Below, one piece after another: positions 42,609-56,272 of a stretch of 64,000 nt of DNA (positions within the stretch are counted from its first letter, which is position 1; every line of letters starts with the position of its first letter). This DNA is from Octopus sinensis (taxonomy: Eukaryota). Location: NCBI RefSeq assembly GCF_006345805.1, contig NC_043003.1:44082001-44146000 (forward strand), written 5' to 3'. Both the position numbers and the translations under genes were made by a program. The notes beneath the pieces were generated by a model. It was not told the origin of the DNA, did no database searches, and was given only the letters and a program-made list of their open reading frames with translations.

Positions 42609-42651
42609 CCACCTGAAGATTGTCGATCAAGACAAGAAACAATTGTAGTGG
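42609..42651 (+). ncRNA. Minimal type I hammerhead ribozyme motif
   Basis: ccac-CTGAAGA-ttgtc(gatcaa)gacaa-GAAA-caattg-TA-gtgg; all stems pair; predicted GUA^ after 42647. Confidence 0.88.
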
Positions 42652-42831
42652 CGGTTTTTTTGACTATTTATTAAAATTTTATGTATTGATTAAGTCTTTC
42701 CTTGTTTGTTTTGCAAAATAGTGGTTTTGTCTCTAATAATATTTTATAATATTTTACTATTAAAATTGGATTTAATCCTAAATCTGATTTTTTTCCCTGT
42801 AAATTTGGATTTATTCCCTAATATTTATTAT

Positions 42832-42878
<47 letters not shown>

Positions 42879-42978
42879 ATATTAATTAGAGACAAAACCA
42901 CTATTATGCAAATCAAACAAAGAAAGACTTAATCCAATACATAAAAAATTTTATATAAATTAAATATAATTAAGATAT

Positions 42979-43024
42979 CCTCTACGATCGTTTCTTGTCA
43001 CTTCAATGGACATTCATCAGGTGG
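42979..43024 (-). ncRNA. Minimal type I hammerhead ribozyme motif (one stem I mismatch)
   Basis: ccac-CTGATGA-atgtc(cattgaagt)gacaa-GAAA-cgatcg-TA-gagg. Confidence 0.75.
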
Positions 43025-43382
43025 TTTCAAGACCAGACTCAATATTCAATAAACAGTTATATATTTAACATACATTAATAAGAAATTAATTAATACAATG
43101 AAATACCATCTATAATCTAACTATAATTAAAACCTAAACTACATAACTAAAATAAATTATTATAAAAGTACTCTAAACACTTAAAATTTATAATACCATA
43201 ATAAAACCCATAATAGGGAGCTATTTAATGTTATTAAATAATTATCATTTATCAGGAAACTTATTATATAAGTAAAGTAACCTGTGTCTGCATTTTATTT
43301 TGCGCTCTTCACCTGTATTCAGTAAATTATCATACTTATAAAATAAAATTTCCTTAAACTCATTAGAGCATAAATAACATAA

Positions 43383-44060
43383 ATAATAACGAATATTATT
43401 AAAGAGATTTTAGATATTATCGAACTTTTTATTCGAGATAATCGTAAATATAAAAACATTTTCTCTAGTAATAATTTTGGAGTAGGTTATTCCACCACTA
43501 ATAATGTAGGTAACATTATTTCTTCATTTAACAAATTTAAATTGAATAATTTTTATAAAAATAAATTATTTAATAATACTAATAATAAAGATAAGACATA
43601 TATTAACTGTACTTGTAGAGATAAATCTAAATGTAAATTAAATAATAAATGCGATATTAATGATGTAGTGTATAAATGTATAGTTACATAACATGATAAT
43701 AATTTTAAGAATAATAATTACCCAAAAGCAATTTATATAGGGTCTACTTCCTCTAAAATAAAATTAAGAATCGCACAACATCTGAATTCTTTTAAAAAAT
43801 AAAAACTTAATCAACTCCACTGGACTTAGCAAGTACATTTGGGACTTAAATCACAAAATACTAATTATAATTTATCTTGGGAAATAATTTGTAAAACTAA
43901 ATCATATACTATAGGAGCGAATTTTTGTTATTTATGCTCTAATGAGTTTAAGGAAATTTTATTTTATAAGTATGATAATTTACTGAATACAGGTGAAGAG
44001 CGCAAAATAAAATGCGGACACAGGTTACTTTACTTATATAATAAGTTTCCTGATAAATGA
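43383..44060 (+). pseudogene. C-terminal GIY-YIG endonuclease of a Penelope-like element (Hydra-type), with stops and frameshifts
   Basis: CTCRDKSKCKLNNKC (CxCx5Cx5C), VVYKC, IYIGST..K.RIAQH.NSF, STGLSKYIW, LSWEII, CYLC..E, LLN, KCGH. Confidence 0.85.
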
Positions 44061-46199
44061 TAATTATTTAATAACATTAAATAGCTCCCTATTATGGGTT
44101 TTATTATAGTATTATAAATTTTAAGTGTTTAGAGTACTTTTATAATAATTTATTTTAGTTATGTAGTTTAGGTTTTAATTATACAGACATAGACACACAC
44201 ATACATATAATGGGCATGTATATCAAGTCTCTGTTGGGTGAAACTGGTAACCTGTAACCCAGGACATCTTGTTGCATGGTGAGGTCGTCGGCGACTAAAC
44301 TGGAAACCCATCAAGCTTGCTTAGGGAGGAGAATGAATGTTGGACACCCTGCAGAACGGAAAATGATACCTGTCAAACGCAGAAGAGTCCATGAGTAGTG
44401 AACGTCCATCCGATAATATGTATATATGTGCATGTGTGGACGTATGTATGCACGGGGACGGGAAAATACTTGGGTTAGTGTTTGGAATACTGGGAGTGGG
44501 AAGCCCTTCTGTTGTCACAACTTCTCTCTAGGAGAGGAAGAATCTGAGAGAAAACCTGTGACACTGACACTCTTTAATGATGTAGACTAGTTCTTTTTTT
44601 CAAGTTTATGTTTTCCATGTCCAGGCAGTAGGATTGGATTTGTGCAAATCCTTGCCCACTATCAAAAAAAATTAAATTCTTCATGTACAGGCACTGCTTG
44701 TAAAAATAAACACAATACTTATTGCAAAGATGGCTGGTCGTAGACGTTACCTGTGTGGTACTTTCGATCAGGCGATTGCAATACTCCAACAAGAATTTGT
44801 AGCCATCTTATATGTATGTACGTAGGTATGTATGTATGCATGTATGTATGAAAAGGTTGTGTTAAAAGTTCCACCTAGTGCATGTGAATATATGTGAATA
44901 TATCTAATGTTATATTTTTTCTTTTCGTTGCACATTTTGCTTAATCGGCCATGAAACAAGCAAAACCTAAGTCAAGCTCGTTAGAATTTGAAATCAGAAC
45001 GTTAAAATGGAAGAAATGTCGTAAAGTATTTTGCTCGACATGATAACATTTCAGCCAGTTGACCGCCTTTATCCGTCTACTAAAAGGGATTTCAAATTTT
45101 GGCGCGAGACCAGTAAATTTGAAGCGGGTTGTTAAGTCGATTACATCGACCACATTGTTCAACTGGTGCTTATTTTATCGACCCCAAAATGTTGATTATC
45201 AAGGCTGACCTCAGCAGAATGTCAACTAAGAACGTGAAGAAACGCGAAATGCAACTAAACATTGTCCGATGCGGGAAAGATTCAGTTAGTTCGCTACGTT
45301 TATTTGTCTAGCTAGTGGAAGTAATTTGAGAATTGATGGGAAATTGTGTAATGTAACTCATGATTTGACACGTGATTTTTTTAAAGTTGTGTATTCTTGA
45401 TATAATAAGTTGAGTTTTGTTCAGGTTAAACCTATACCGACGTCATTGAATTATTATATTGATATGTTTCTAACTAGTAATGAGAGCCACGACGCCCCCT
45501 TGCGACTGGGCTGAGTGATTAAAAATCGTACCGGTGGAAGTGACGTTTGTGTGTTAGTTCAAGTTGATTTCGCAGAGAAGTCGGAAGGTGTCGGTTGGTT
45601 AGTTCGACTGGAATATTGATTGTTCGTGAAAAGTTTATTGCATGGTTATGTTGCTATTACGGCTGCGTCATTATCTTGTTTTCTGTTACCACACTGTACC
45701 AGTGTATCTAAACCATCCGCCACAATGTCGTGTTGGAACTACGATACGGGAAACAGAGAATGCAACACTAACTATACCAAAATAACCCATTTCCCGATAT
45801 TAGCTAATCAATGCTTCTATAATGTATGCGAGGTGATGATGTTTTGTGCATATTGTGTTTAAGATGCATTGGGGAAGGGAACATGATATGACGTGTGTGA
45901 GAGAGTAAAGAGAGAGTGATAAGAGTGGAGAGAGGCGGAAATCAGCTCAATGAGCAGAATAGTGAGAACGAGTAGATTGAGTGAGAGAAGAGAGAGAGAG
46001 AGAGAGAGAGTGATTGAGGGAGAGAGAGGGGGAGATAGAGTGAGAGTGAGAGAGAGGGAGAGTGACAAAGAGAGAAGGTAGAAATATCAACAGGGAGGGT
46101 AATGGGGAAGACTGGAGGCGAAAAGGAAGTAGCTTAGAGAATAATCCGCTTTTTTACAATTTCGAATTTAAAAGAGTTTATATTTCTTTGTGCTCGAGG

Positions 46200-47180
46200 C
46201 GCACGGCCTGACATTTTGTATGAGGTGATAGTCAATTACTTGACCCACGTGCCCGACCTCGGCGGAATTTCACCTTAGAAATGCCCCTAAGTTATTTGTA
46301 GTGCACAGTGTAGATTTTGCCAGTTCACCACCTCTAAAAGTATTAATATACTTTCCTACTCTTGACACAAGGCCCGAAATTTTTGAGAAGATCCAGTCGA
46401 TTAGACGTAACCCAGTACGCAACTGGTACTTAATTTATCGACCCCGTAATGATTAAAGGCATAGTCGACCACGGTGGAATGAAGAATTTTTATATTCTAG
46501 GCACAAGGCATTGAAAAGTTTTAGGTAAGGGGGATAGTTGACTGTTTCGAACCAAGTGTTTCACTGGTACGTATTTCATCGACCCCGAAAGGACGAAAGG
46601 CAAAGTCGACGTCGACGGGATTTGAACTCAGTACATAGCGGCAGACGAAATAACGCTAAAAGTATTAATATTATAACTGTTCAAAGGGGCGAGTTATCAG
46701 CAACATTAAGACGCGGGCGAAATGCGTAGCGGCATTTCATCTATCTTCATGTTTGGTGTTCAAATTCTGCTGCAGACGTTTTTGACTCTCAACCGTTCGG
46801 GGCCGATAAAAGAAGCAAAACTCATCTTGTGGCAAGATTTGAAAACAATTTTATAATTGTCCAAGGCGATGAGGTGGCACAATCGTGAGCACGCCGGGCG
46901 AAATTCTTAGCGGCATTTTTTTACTCTCTCTTTCATACTGTCGATATAATCGACTAGCGCTCTGCCTTGTACCATGCGGTGAGCCGGAAGATTTGTTAAC
47001 ACGACACGCTAAATGATTAGTGCTGTTTCCTACGTCTTTAGACTCTGAGTTCAAATCTTGCTGAGGTGGATTTCACATATTTGAGGATCGACCAAATAAG
47101 TACCAGCAGGAATTGGAGTTGATTTCAAAGACTTACCCATTTCCCAGTAATTGCTGGCCTTGTGGCAAAATATGAAACCA
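46200..47180. mobile_element. Cluster of family D SINE fragments in both orientations
   Basis: Repeated aactggtact..tttatcgacccc and gcgaaatgc blocks. Confidence 0.7.
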
Positions 47181-47412
47181 ATATTACAATTGTCCTATTT
47201 CCCTAAAACAGTATCAAAAACCATCGCTTTGTTTCCTCCATTTTATTCCTGCAGGAATTAAACCCATTTCTTGATTTGCAATTCATTTTCGCTATAAAAT
47301 ATAGCCAGTAGGAAAAAAAAGACTACTTTGAACGAATATGAAGGTCAACTGTTGCATATACACAACACTAAAACGTGACGAATTCTAATTCGTACTTTAC
47401 ACATATATACAT

Positions 47413-47795
47413 AGCAGCGAGCTGGAAGAAACGTTAGCACGCTGGACGAAATGCTTAGCAGTATTTCGTCTGCCGTTACGTTCTGAGTTCAAATTCTGCC
47501 AGGGTCGACTTTCCCTTTCATCCTTTTGGGATCGATTAAATAAGTACCAGTTACGTACTGGGTCGATATAATCGACTTAATTCGTTTGTCTGTCCTTGTT
47601 TGTCCCCTCTGTGTGTAGCCCCTTGTGGGTAGTAAAGAAATAAGTATTTCGTCTGTCTTTACGTTCTAAGTTCAAATTCGACTTTGCCTTTCATCCTTTC
47701 GGGGGTCAATAAATTAAGTACCAGTTGCGTACTGGGATCGATCTAATCGACTGGCCCCTTCCCCCAAAATTTGGGACCTTATGCCTTGAGTAGAA
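47413..47795 (+). mobile_element. SINE (family D) with an internally repeated body
   Basis: Reverse complement of 41791-42020 plus a second aagtaccagtt unit. Confidence 0.82.
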
Positions 47796-49815
47796 ACGAA
47801 TTTATACATACTTACATATTCATACAAGCATAACACACGATACACATGAACACATCTTACATACACACATACGTGCATACATACACACACACATACATGT
47901 ACACACGTAAATAATACAAAAACAATGTAGACGTTCGGGGATTTGGAAGGTATAGATAACACAGGATATCTATATTCTCTGTTTTACCACTTTTCTCTAC
48001 TCCACTTTTGGCCTTGATATCTGTGTTTTTGTGATGGTTATTCTCCTTTCATTTGTTATTCGAAATTTTTTATCCATTCATCACTAATATTAATGGAATC
48101 ACTTTATATGTTTGAATGTTCACTTAAAGGAAAATAGATTATTTCTCTTTTCTAAGATTAATGTCAATGTGATTGCCATTTTCTATATCCCACATGCATA
48201 ACCGATATACTTTTCAAATACTTGCTTCTGTTTAAATGTGTACTGCATAAACAACAAGAACTTCGGGATTCTGTTGCGCGGCGAGAAACAGCATAGATTT
48301 CCAAACGCATGCGTTATACTTTGTAAGCTCAAGTTATTCACCTCTCTAGCTATCTACCCATCCATCGATCTATGTATCTATTTAGCTAACTAACTCGGAA
48401 GCTATCTGTTTGTCTATTTACCGTTTCTTTACATTATACTTAGAACCAAAAGCTGAAGTTTCACATACCAGTTGTCTTCGTATCAAAATATTTGAAAGCT
48501 TGAAATTATTTTGATTGAGAGTCCAGAAAAGTTTTTAATATGTACATGTTTATGAATGCATACACACAAACGCACACACACAAAAATACATACACAAACA
48601 CACGCTTCTGTTTATCTGTCGTATTAAGATAAGAAAAGAAGACAAAGTTCGACTAAACCATATAAACGTACTTTTAAAGTGTTATTCTGTTAAAATTTCC
48701 TGGGAGTATAGTTAATTTCACCTTTTGGCTATGCAGAGGATTGAGAAATACTCTCTCACAAAAATCAGACAATAAACAGAACACAAAATCTTCCACAAGG
48801 ACACTATTTAGCATTTGTAATTAAATAATTATATGTACACGAAAATGAGAATCCCTGGTGGGTGAAGGACAGAAGTTTTAGACCGCTTTTGGTTTGTGAC
48901 CTTCATATCCTGAGTAGAGTTCTTACTGAAGTCAGATACCACTTTAATCTTTCTGGGGCTGATCGAATATTGAACCAATCACTTACTGGGACCAAAACGT
49001 TGTAATCAAATAAACTTCTTCCCTCACATTTGCTAGATTTATACTTAAATATTGCATTTGCTTACAAAATCGTAAACGTTAACGGAATAAAGTCAACAAA
49101 CCACTAACTTGTATTTGATATTTTTTTAAAGTGACAGAATATTCGCATTTCCCCCATGTCTGACTTTTCCAACTGTCTTTATTTCCTTCTTTATTGATCT
49201 AAACACTATGCCAACTTCTGACTTAGCCATTTTCTAAAGGAATAATACTTTATGCATTTCGGTAATTGCTTCGTATTTCTATCACCACCAGATATTCCGT
49301 TTTCCTATTGTGCTATGAATAATAATATAAAATTAGAATTATGCAGAAATTGTTTTCTGTTATTTTCATACATTCTTCTATTCTATAACCACTTCAATAT
49401 CTTTCACAATGAAACATAAAAAAAAAAATGCCACCACGAAATCGGAAAACAGAATACAAATGAAGAAAGAAAGAAACATAAACTTTTATGACGATTATTC
49501 TAGAAGGAATAAAATATCTTTCGTGTACGCACTGAAATGTTTACACATTCTCGTAACAAATCTATTCAAATTTTCTGTCTTTCTGTTTCTGCTGTTGATA
49601 TTATGAGTTATTAACTGAGCACTTGGTGACGAGACATTACTGAAAACCTCATATGTTTTCAATTGAAATAATAAAATAGAGAGTTTACACGATATAAAAG
49701 CCACATCCTAATACACAACTACAATAACAACAAGAACGGTATGTGATTTATCTTCTCATATATGTATCGTGTATGTACATGTATTTATAATTATGTATGA
49801 ATGTATATATCAATA

Positions 49816-49887
<72 letters not shown>

Positions 49888-51200
49888 TATATATAGTAGA
49901 ACATATGCATTTACATATATATACATATAGATATATATATATATATATATGTGTGTGTGTAGATATGTACGTGTAATACACTCGCGTACACACACATACA
50001 CACACACGCACATGTATATATATATATAAAGCACAATCCTCTTTGTGAATGTGTTTTATGTGTGTGTGTGAGTGAGTGTGTGGATAGTAGTATGCAGATG
50101 AAACCTTGAAATACGTATGAGTGGGACAATTTAGAAGACGAAATTATTGGTACACGCGGAAAGCAAAGCTTTAATGCATTCTAACTGTGCCGGCTCTGCT
50201 TGGTGTCATAATGATTTGTTATTCAATGTATAAGCAAAAGCATGGAACCCTATGGTGTAGGACAATATTGCTATGGTTAATGCAAATCTGAGTGACTAAA
50301 GTAAAGGGTAGTACTAAAGTGCGGTTAGAACGCTGTTATTAGATCGGAAACGCTTTTATGTGCTGCATTTGTATCGCTAAGCATTTGTGTAAGGACTCAC
50401 TTTGTTTGAATTTTGTGGACAAATAATGATTATCAAGTATCAAGTAAACCAATGGACAATATGTACGATTATTTTTGCTATAAAATTGATGAAAGGGAAA
50501 CTTGTGATTCCGGATATTGTTTCAGGAATTAAGTTGGCTTTGTAAAAATGGAAACGAAGGTGTTGTTATGGTTGGTAGAAGCGAAAATGCCCAAGAGATT
50601 AACTCGCTTGCAGATTTGCTGGACATGATTGATGCGAAGTTTTGGGATGTATAGTAATTGATAAGGTGTTGCATAAAAGATTTGTGTCATTTATGGTTTG
50701 GGGAGTGAGAACGATGTGCACGTCCTTATAACAAGGTCCAGTTAACTGAGAAATATAACCTTCATAATGAACAGCGCACATTTGCCAATTGTCTTGGAAA
50801 TTGTGAAATAAATTTTCCGTTGTTTTCTAGTATATTTATTCCATATTGAGAACAGCAATTTCAAGAATATCCAAGAACATTTACCCCCTGCGTGAATCTG
50901 AATGATCTACAGATATATTGAAATCAATTAAATTCAAGTAGGTCGTATTTGTAAACCAGATGAAAACATGTGCCTTTAGGAATCCCCTTTATTTGTAGTG
51001 TTATAAATGGAAACATCATTAGTAATCAGGTCATACGATGCGTTGCAACATTAAGGAGGGGAAAGAAGGAAAATGAAGCAATGAAATGAAGGAGATGATA
51101 TTAGTAGGGAAATGGCTGGGTGATAGAACAAGAGAGAGAAAGAGAGCGAGAGATAGTGTGAGAGCGGGAGAGAATGACAGAAAGAGAGTTAGTTAGAGAG

Positions 51201-51242
<42 letters not shown>

Positions 51243-51339
51243 AGTAAAGTCGCTAGGGGCAGGTGTTGAATAGAGACAATTGATATAAACAGCGGTATTT
51301 AGAGCCAGAAAGTAAGCAGTGTACATCGAAATAATAACT

Positions 51340-51810
51340 CTCAATGAGAAGCAACACACTAGGTTTCTATTACTTGATGTCACCAACTGTGTAAAGAACA
51401 TTAGGTACGAAAACAAACGAGTTAAATATGCAATCAGCGGGAGCAAATGAAAAACTGGATAAATAACAGAGAGAACGGCGCTTCATCAGTTGACGCTTGT
51501 CTATCTACTCCTCATTTAGAGAATTCAACCAGAATATGAGTCTTCGAAGACAGTTGCTCCCATAAAATCCAAAATAAAATTTTGAATTTATGAAGGGTCA
51601 AATTTGGGACCAAACACAGGAGAGTTGCGACATAGAAGAAAACCGAACGAAAAGAGAAACGATAGAAGAGAGAGCTAGATGTACAGTCCTTAGAACGTCG
51701 GACAGGAAAAGAAAGAGGGTTACGCGAGGAAAAGAAAGATGGACGACGGTTACGTGTATGCAACGAGAGAGAGAAATAAACATAAAGACGGAGAGAGAGA
51801 GTTAGACAGA
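51340..51810 (-). mobile_element. Degenerate Penelope-like pLTR; related fragment at 52338-52563
   Basis: Both contain cttcatcagttg (minus strand caaCTGATGAag) followed by ttcaacca.aatatgagtcttcg.agaca.ttgctcc. Confidence 0.55.
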
Positions 51811-51968
51811 CAGATAGAAGTCGGTGAAGGGGAGAAAAGAGGGATTAGAGAAGAATGGATGAGGAAACAGTATAGAGAGGAGTCGCATGAAAACGATTAA
51901 GATAAAATTACTTGGAAATGGATGCGTGACATTTAGTTATATAATATAAATAATATATATATATATAT

Positions 51969-52303
51969 AAATTCAGGATGAATACTTGATAAATGTAAGC
52001 ACCTATATATGCCAGCTAGTAGCAGAGGTGAGAGGACATAAGTATCAAATGAAATAAAAAAAACAGAACACAAAGGATGTCGCGGTACACGTGTTTCAAG
52101 CTTTATAAAACAACTTATTCTTACATCAATGTATAATCGACATAACATATGGTTTAAAGCTCTCTTCAGCAATTGCACGCGGCTGAAGAGAGATTTAAGC
52201 CATCTGTTATGTCGATTCTACATTGATGTAAGAAAAGTTGTTTTATAAAGCTTAAAACACGTGTACCGCGACATCCCTTGTGTTCTGTCTTTTATTTCAT
52301 TTG

Positions 52304-52306
<3 letters not shown>
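51969..52306 (-). mobile_element. Fold-back element with a hammerhead motif in each arm, in (TA)n
   Basis: Arms at 52043-52170 and 52182-52306; ~75-nt tail; 52178-52270 reads cgcgg-CTGAAGA-long stem II-(A)AAA-cacgtg-TA-ccgcg. Confidence 0.82.
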
Positions 52307-52354
<48 letters not shown>

Positions 52355-52570
52355 GGTACAGGACGTCACCACCTGTCTAACCAACATGAAGTGCGAAAAC
52401 AAACGAGCTAATTACACAAACGACGATAGAAAAATGGAAAACAGGACAAATAACAGAGAGAATGGCCCTTCATCAGTTGTCGGCTGCGTATCTACCGGTC
52501 ATATCGAGTATTCAACCAAAATATGAGTCTTCGTAGACATTTGCTCCAATACATTCCAAAATTATGTATA

Positions 52571-52643
<73 letters not shown>

Positions 52644-52811
52644 AATAATAATAATAATAATTATTATTATTATCATTATTATTATTATTATTATTATTTT
52701 TATTAATTTAACACAACGCATCCATTTGCAAGTATGTATATATATTTATTTATTTACATATATGTATATACATATATGTATATATATATATATAATATAT
52801 ACATATATACT

Positions 52812-52846
<35 letters not shown>

Positions 52847-54064
52847 CTTATATATATATATATATATATTATATGTGTGTGTGTGTGTGTGCGTGTGTAT
52901 TTCCCTGTGTCTATGTATTTCTCTGTGTGTATGTATTTAGGCGTGGGTGTGTTTCTGTGTGTTTCTGTGTCCGTGTGTATGAGTTCGTGTATAGAGATAT
53001 ATATGTGACTATACGTATATGCATACACACACACGAAGACCTATAGTAATTTGTTGATCATGACATGCAACCTTTTCTCACTTTACTTTTTGCCAGCAAT
53101 GTCAAATCTCATTTATCTGCAATGGCAAATAATAAATGTTTTGGGTAATGGAAAGGAGCAGAGACACCGGCAAGAAACTTGGAATGCTTCCCCTAAAAAA
53201 GAATAATCATATATTCCCTTGAATAGCGGAATGAAAACCAAATTCGTTGTAGAATATTCACTAAATAGTAAAGAAACTACGAATTTATTTGTCCTCATAC
53301 ACAATATTGTTTGATGTTATTTGAGGCGTATATAAATAATTAATTAAAGTATATGCCTGCCTGTATGTCAGTAAGTATCCGAGCGAGTGAGGGAGTATAG
53401 TAATACCTAAGTGCGATGAGTATATGCGTCGTAGAGAATCTGTTTGACCTATATACGTAAGCAGAACTATAACTGAAAGCAAAAGAATGTGTTGGGAGTA
53501 AGAAATCACTAGAATAAATTGCATAGCAACTTTGGCACTTTTGACCATTGTCTCATTCTTCAACTCATGGTCTGTTGGGATATCTTATCGTTTTTCTCTC
53601 ACTGTAAACGTGGTAAATTGCATCGAAGACCTGACGTAAATTAAACATTCGTCACCTCTGGGTCAATAGATTTCTTAATGTGTGAAAACGAAGATGAAAT
53701 ATTTTCTATTTTCATTGAACCAACGTAAAGTGTTCTAACCGAAGCCAACTATGCAGCTGATCAAAAGTGAATATGATAAACTACTAAATAAAGAGAAAAA
53801 CAAGACGAAATAAACCGAAATATCATGAAATATTATAATGCAAAACTAAACTGATTTCGACTATTTTCTTTTTGTGATATTCTCAGAGAATAGGGACTGT
53901 CTCAGATCAATGAATTTAGCGTGCTAGGGCAACATATAATCAGATATAATGAGTAATATTAATAAACATAAAAGTAACAATCATTATTCCTAATTTGGCT
54001 CGTTGCCATATACTGGTTTGAATGCAGTGTACAGTGTCTTAACTCTACCAAGTTTAATATGTAT

Positions 54065-54163
<99 letters not shown>

Positions 54164-55876
54164 GTATATATATACATATATATATACATATATATATATA
54201 CACATATATATGCATACATATATACACTTAAAAAATCGCGCATGCAAACACACACACACACGCACACATATCTATGAATGTATACATTACACATGTATAT
54301 ATACATATATATTAGAATTGAATACACTTCAATCAGCAAATTACGATATTTATACTTCCAACATTGATGCTGACTTGCCAAAATGTTGGAACTTTTGTGA
54401 GATATAAGAGAAATACTTCTAGAAATTTTATGGATATGAAGTATATCAGGGAAACAGGATATATTATAGTCATACGGAATTAGTCATTTCTACTTAATTT
54501 CGCATTTTCGACAATATTTGCTAGTATATAAAGCCATTTGGATGAAGGATGAAGGAGTCTGCTGTAGTACCTTTTCTTCATGGTGGTCCATTAATATCAT
54601 GCTGTACGGTTTCAATCGCTTTCAGAAATTCACAAATACATCGTAGAGTTTTCTGTGATTGCCTATATTTTGAAGACTGTGCAGAATTTGGGTCCCTTTA
54701 AATAGTGTTTGTAAATAGAGGGAAAGCTGCTGCGTATTCCCTAGAAAGCCTTTTTGTTCGATATCTTAGCCTGTCCAGCATAATGCTGAACTTTACATTG
54801 CTTTCTAAGAATATATCTCCGAAGATTCAATATTGCGTAGTTGGGTATTGCTAACGTTTGAAAGCATTACGACCAGCAAGTCCAGATTATGTGCATTTAA
54901 TATATTTGTATTGTCCACTGGTGATATCTCGGTACAAAGAAAGGTATCTGGACAGGGAAGAATACCGGGGAAATCATAAAGGATAAATCTCAGAATACAC
55001 GAAGAGACAGAAACAGATATACATGTTTGTGTATGAGCCTTCGTGCGTGCGTTTGTGCAAATGCAGACTAAGTGTGTGCGCAAGCGAGCTTATATCTGTG
55101 TGTATATGTATGTGTTTGTGTGTTTGTGTGTTCGTGTCTCTGTGTATGTCTATCTGCGTCTGTCTGTTTATGTAATGTGTTAGTTATTCATAGGTCCGAA
55201 ATTAGCATGCCCCAAAATTCTTTTACTTTATATTTTTTATACAGTCATTGGTCATGGCTGGTAAGAAACTAACCATTGATTCCATGTCTATCATTGCTCT
55301 AATCAATGTAGGAGGCCCAGGAGACGAGCGGACTGTATGTAGATAATTTCTTCATCAATGGAGGTAAGAATACAATGTTTGCCAGCATAGGATTGGTAAA
55401 ATTCATGAGACATAATTGTTCGAAGTTAAAAGACATACCGGGTGAAACGGAGCTACCTCCATGGAAATTTCAGTTGTGTCCAAATGTGGTCAGTTTATGG
55501 ACATTTTCAGTAGTCCCTAAGCGGAAAATGTCTTGCCTCGTTTTTATCATAAAATGTCCCAAAGTGTGTTCTCACCTGTCTCCTATTGCCTATTCTGTCG
55601 TCGCCTATAGTGCTAAGAACAATATTAGACGTGAAAACAATCTAATCGTCCAAAACCAACGACTACATAAATATATATATATATATATACTAAGCAATAA
55701 GGGTTTAGCAACGAGTTGCCTTACCACATACCGAATTTAGAAATAGCAGTCAAAGGGTTATAGCTATTTCTTCTACTAAAAAGGGAGATCTCAGTAAAAA
55801 CAGCATTTGGAAGGCAGACACAAACAGGTAAGAGAGAATGAATTGACTGCAATCTATCATACATTTTTTTTAGTTA

Positions 55877-55983
55877 TCCACGGACGTACGTTTCGAAATC
55901 AAGTTTTAAGGAAAGCATAAGAATTAAATATTAAATATTAAATAATTCTATCTTACCGAAACTTCTTTTCTCTTCAGCGTAGA
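55877..55983 (-). ncRNA. Type I hammerhead motif (inverted unit)
   Basis: Reverse complement of the unit motif, intact core. Confidence 0.8.
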
Positions 55984-56167
55984 ATACTATAATCATAAAT
56001 GATTATATATTGAATTTTGGTGGGAAGGGGCTGTTGACACAATCGTTTCATTCACAAATTGAATTCGGTGATACCAGTTGCGGATTCTAGCTCGCTCTGA
56101 TACTGAGTTGAGTTGGTGCCTTCTGGTATCTCAAAATTCAATATATAATCATTTATGATTATAGTAT

Positions 56168-56272
56168 TCTACGCTGCAGAGAAAAAAGTTTCGGTAAGAT
56201 AGAATTATTTAATATTAATATTTAATTTTTATGCTTTCCTTAAAACTTGATTTCGAAACGTACGTCCGTGGA
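56168..56272 (+). ncRNA. Type I hammerhead motif, unit 1 (core variant CTGCAGA)
   Basis: As unit 2 but with an A6C change in the core. Confidence 0.65.

Larger units (their letters stand above)
42404..42835 (+). mobile_element. Fold-back Penelope-like pLTR: 170-bp arms, 5-nt loop, ~86-nt tail, in (TA)n
   Basis: 42404-42573 is the reverse complement of 42579-42748. Confidence 0.92.
42879..44182 (+). mobile_element. 5'-truncated Penelope-like element with an inverted 5' pLTR
   Basis: 43121-43380 is the reverse complement of ~43926-44182; the GIY-YIG coding region follows; the terminus resembles the one at 42404. Confidence 0.88.
42044..44481. repeat. ~300-bp inverted repeat pair (42044-42344 / 44181-44481) enclosing Penelope-like elements
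   Basis: Mirrored ORFs 42022..42204(+) and 44321..44518(-); visibly diverged. Confidence 0.9.

Noticed and set aside
43689-43803. Selenocysteine-type readthrough in the GIY-YIG frame, as in some Naiad elements
   Set aside because: The in-frame stops are TAA, not TGA at Cys positions, and frameshifts are present; this is ordinary decay.
53113-53563. Hydrophobic minus-strand ORFs as possible host exons
   Set aside because: No recognisable domain, and no splice or codon evidence I can support.
54330-55020. Trace of an RT motif (RKLYDVFVNF*KAIETV) on the minus strand
   Set aside because: A single decayed motif; not enough to delimit or classify an element.
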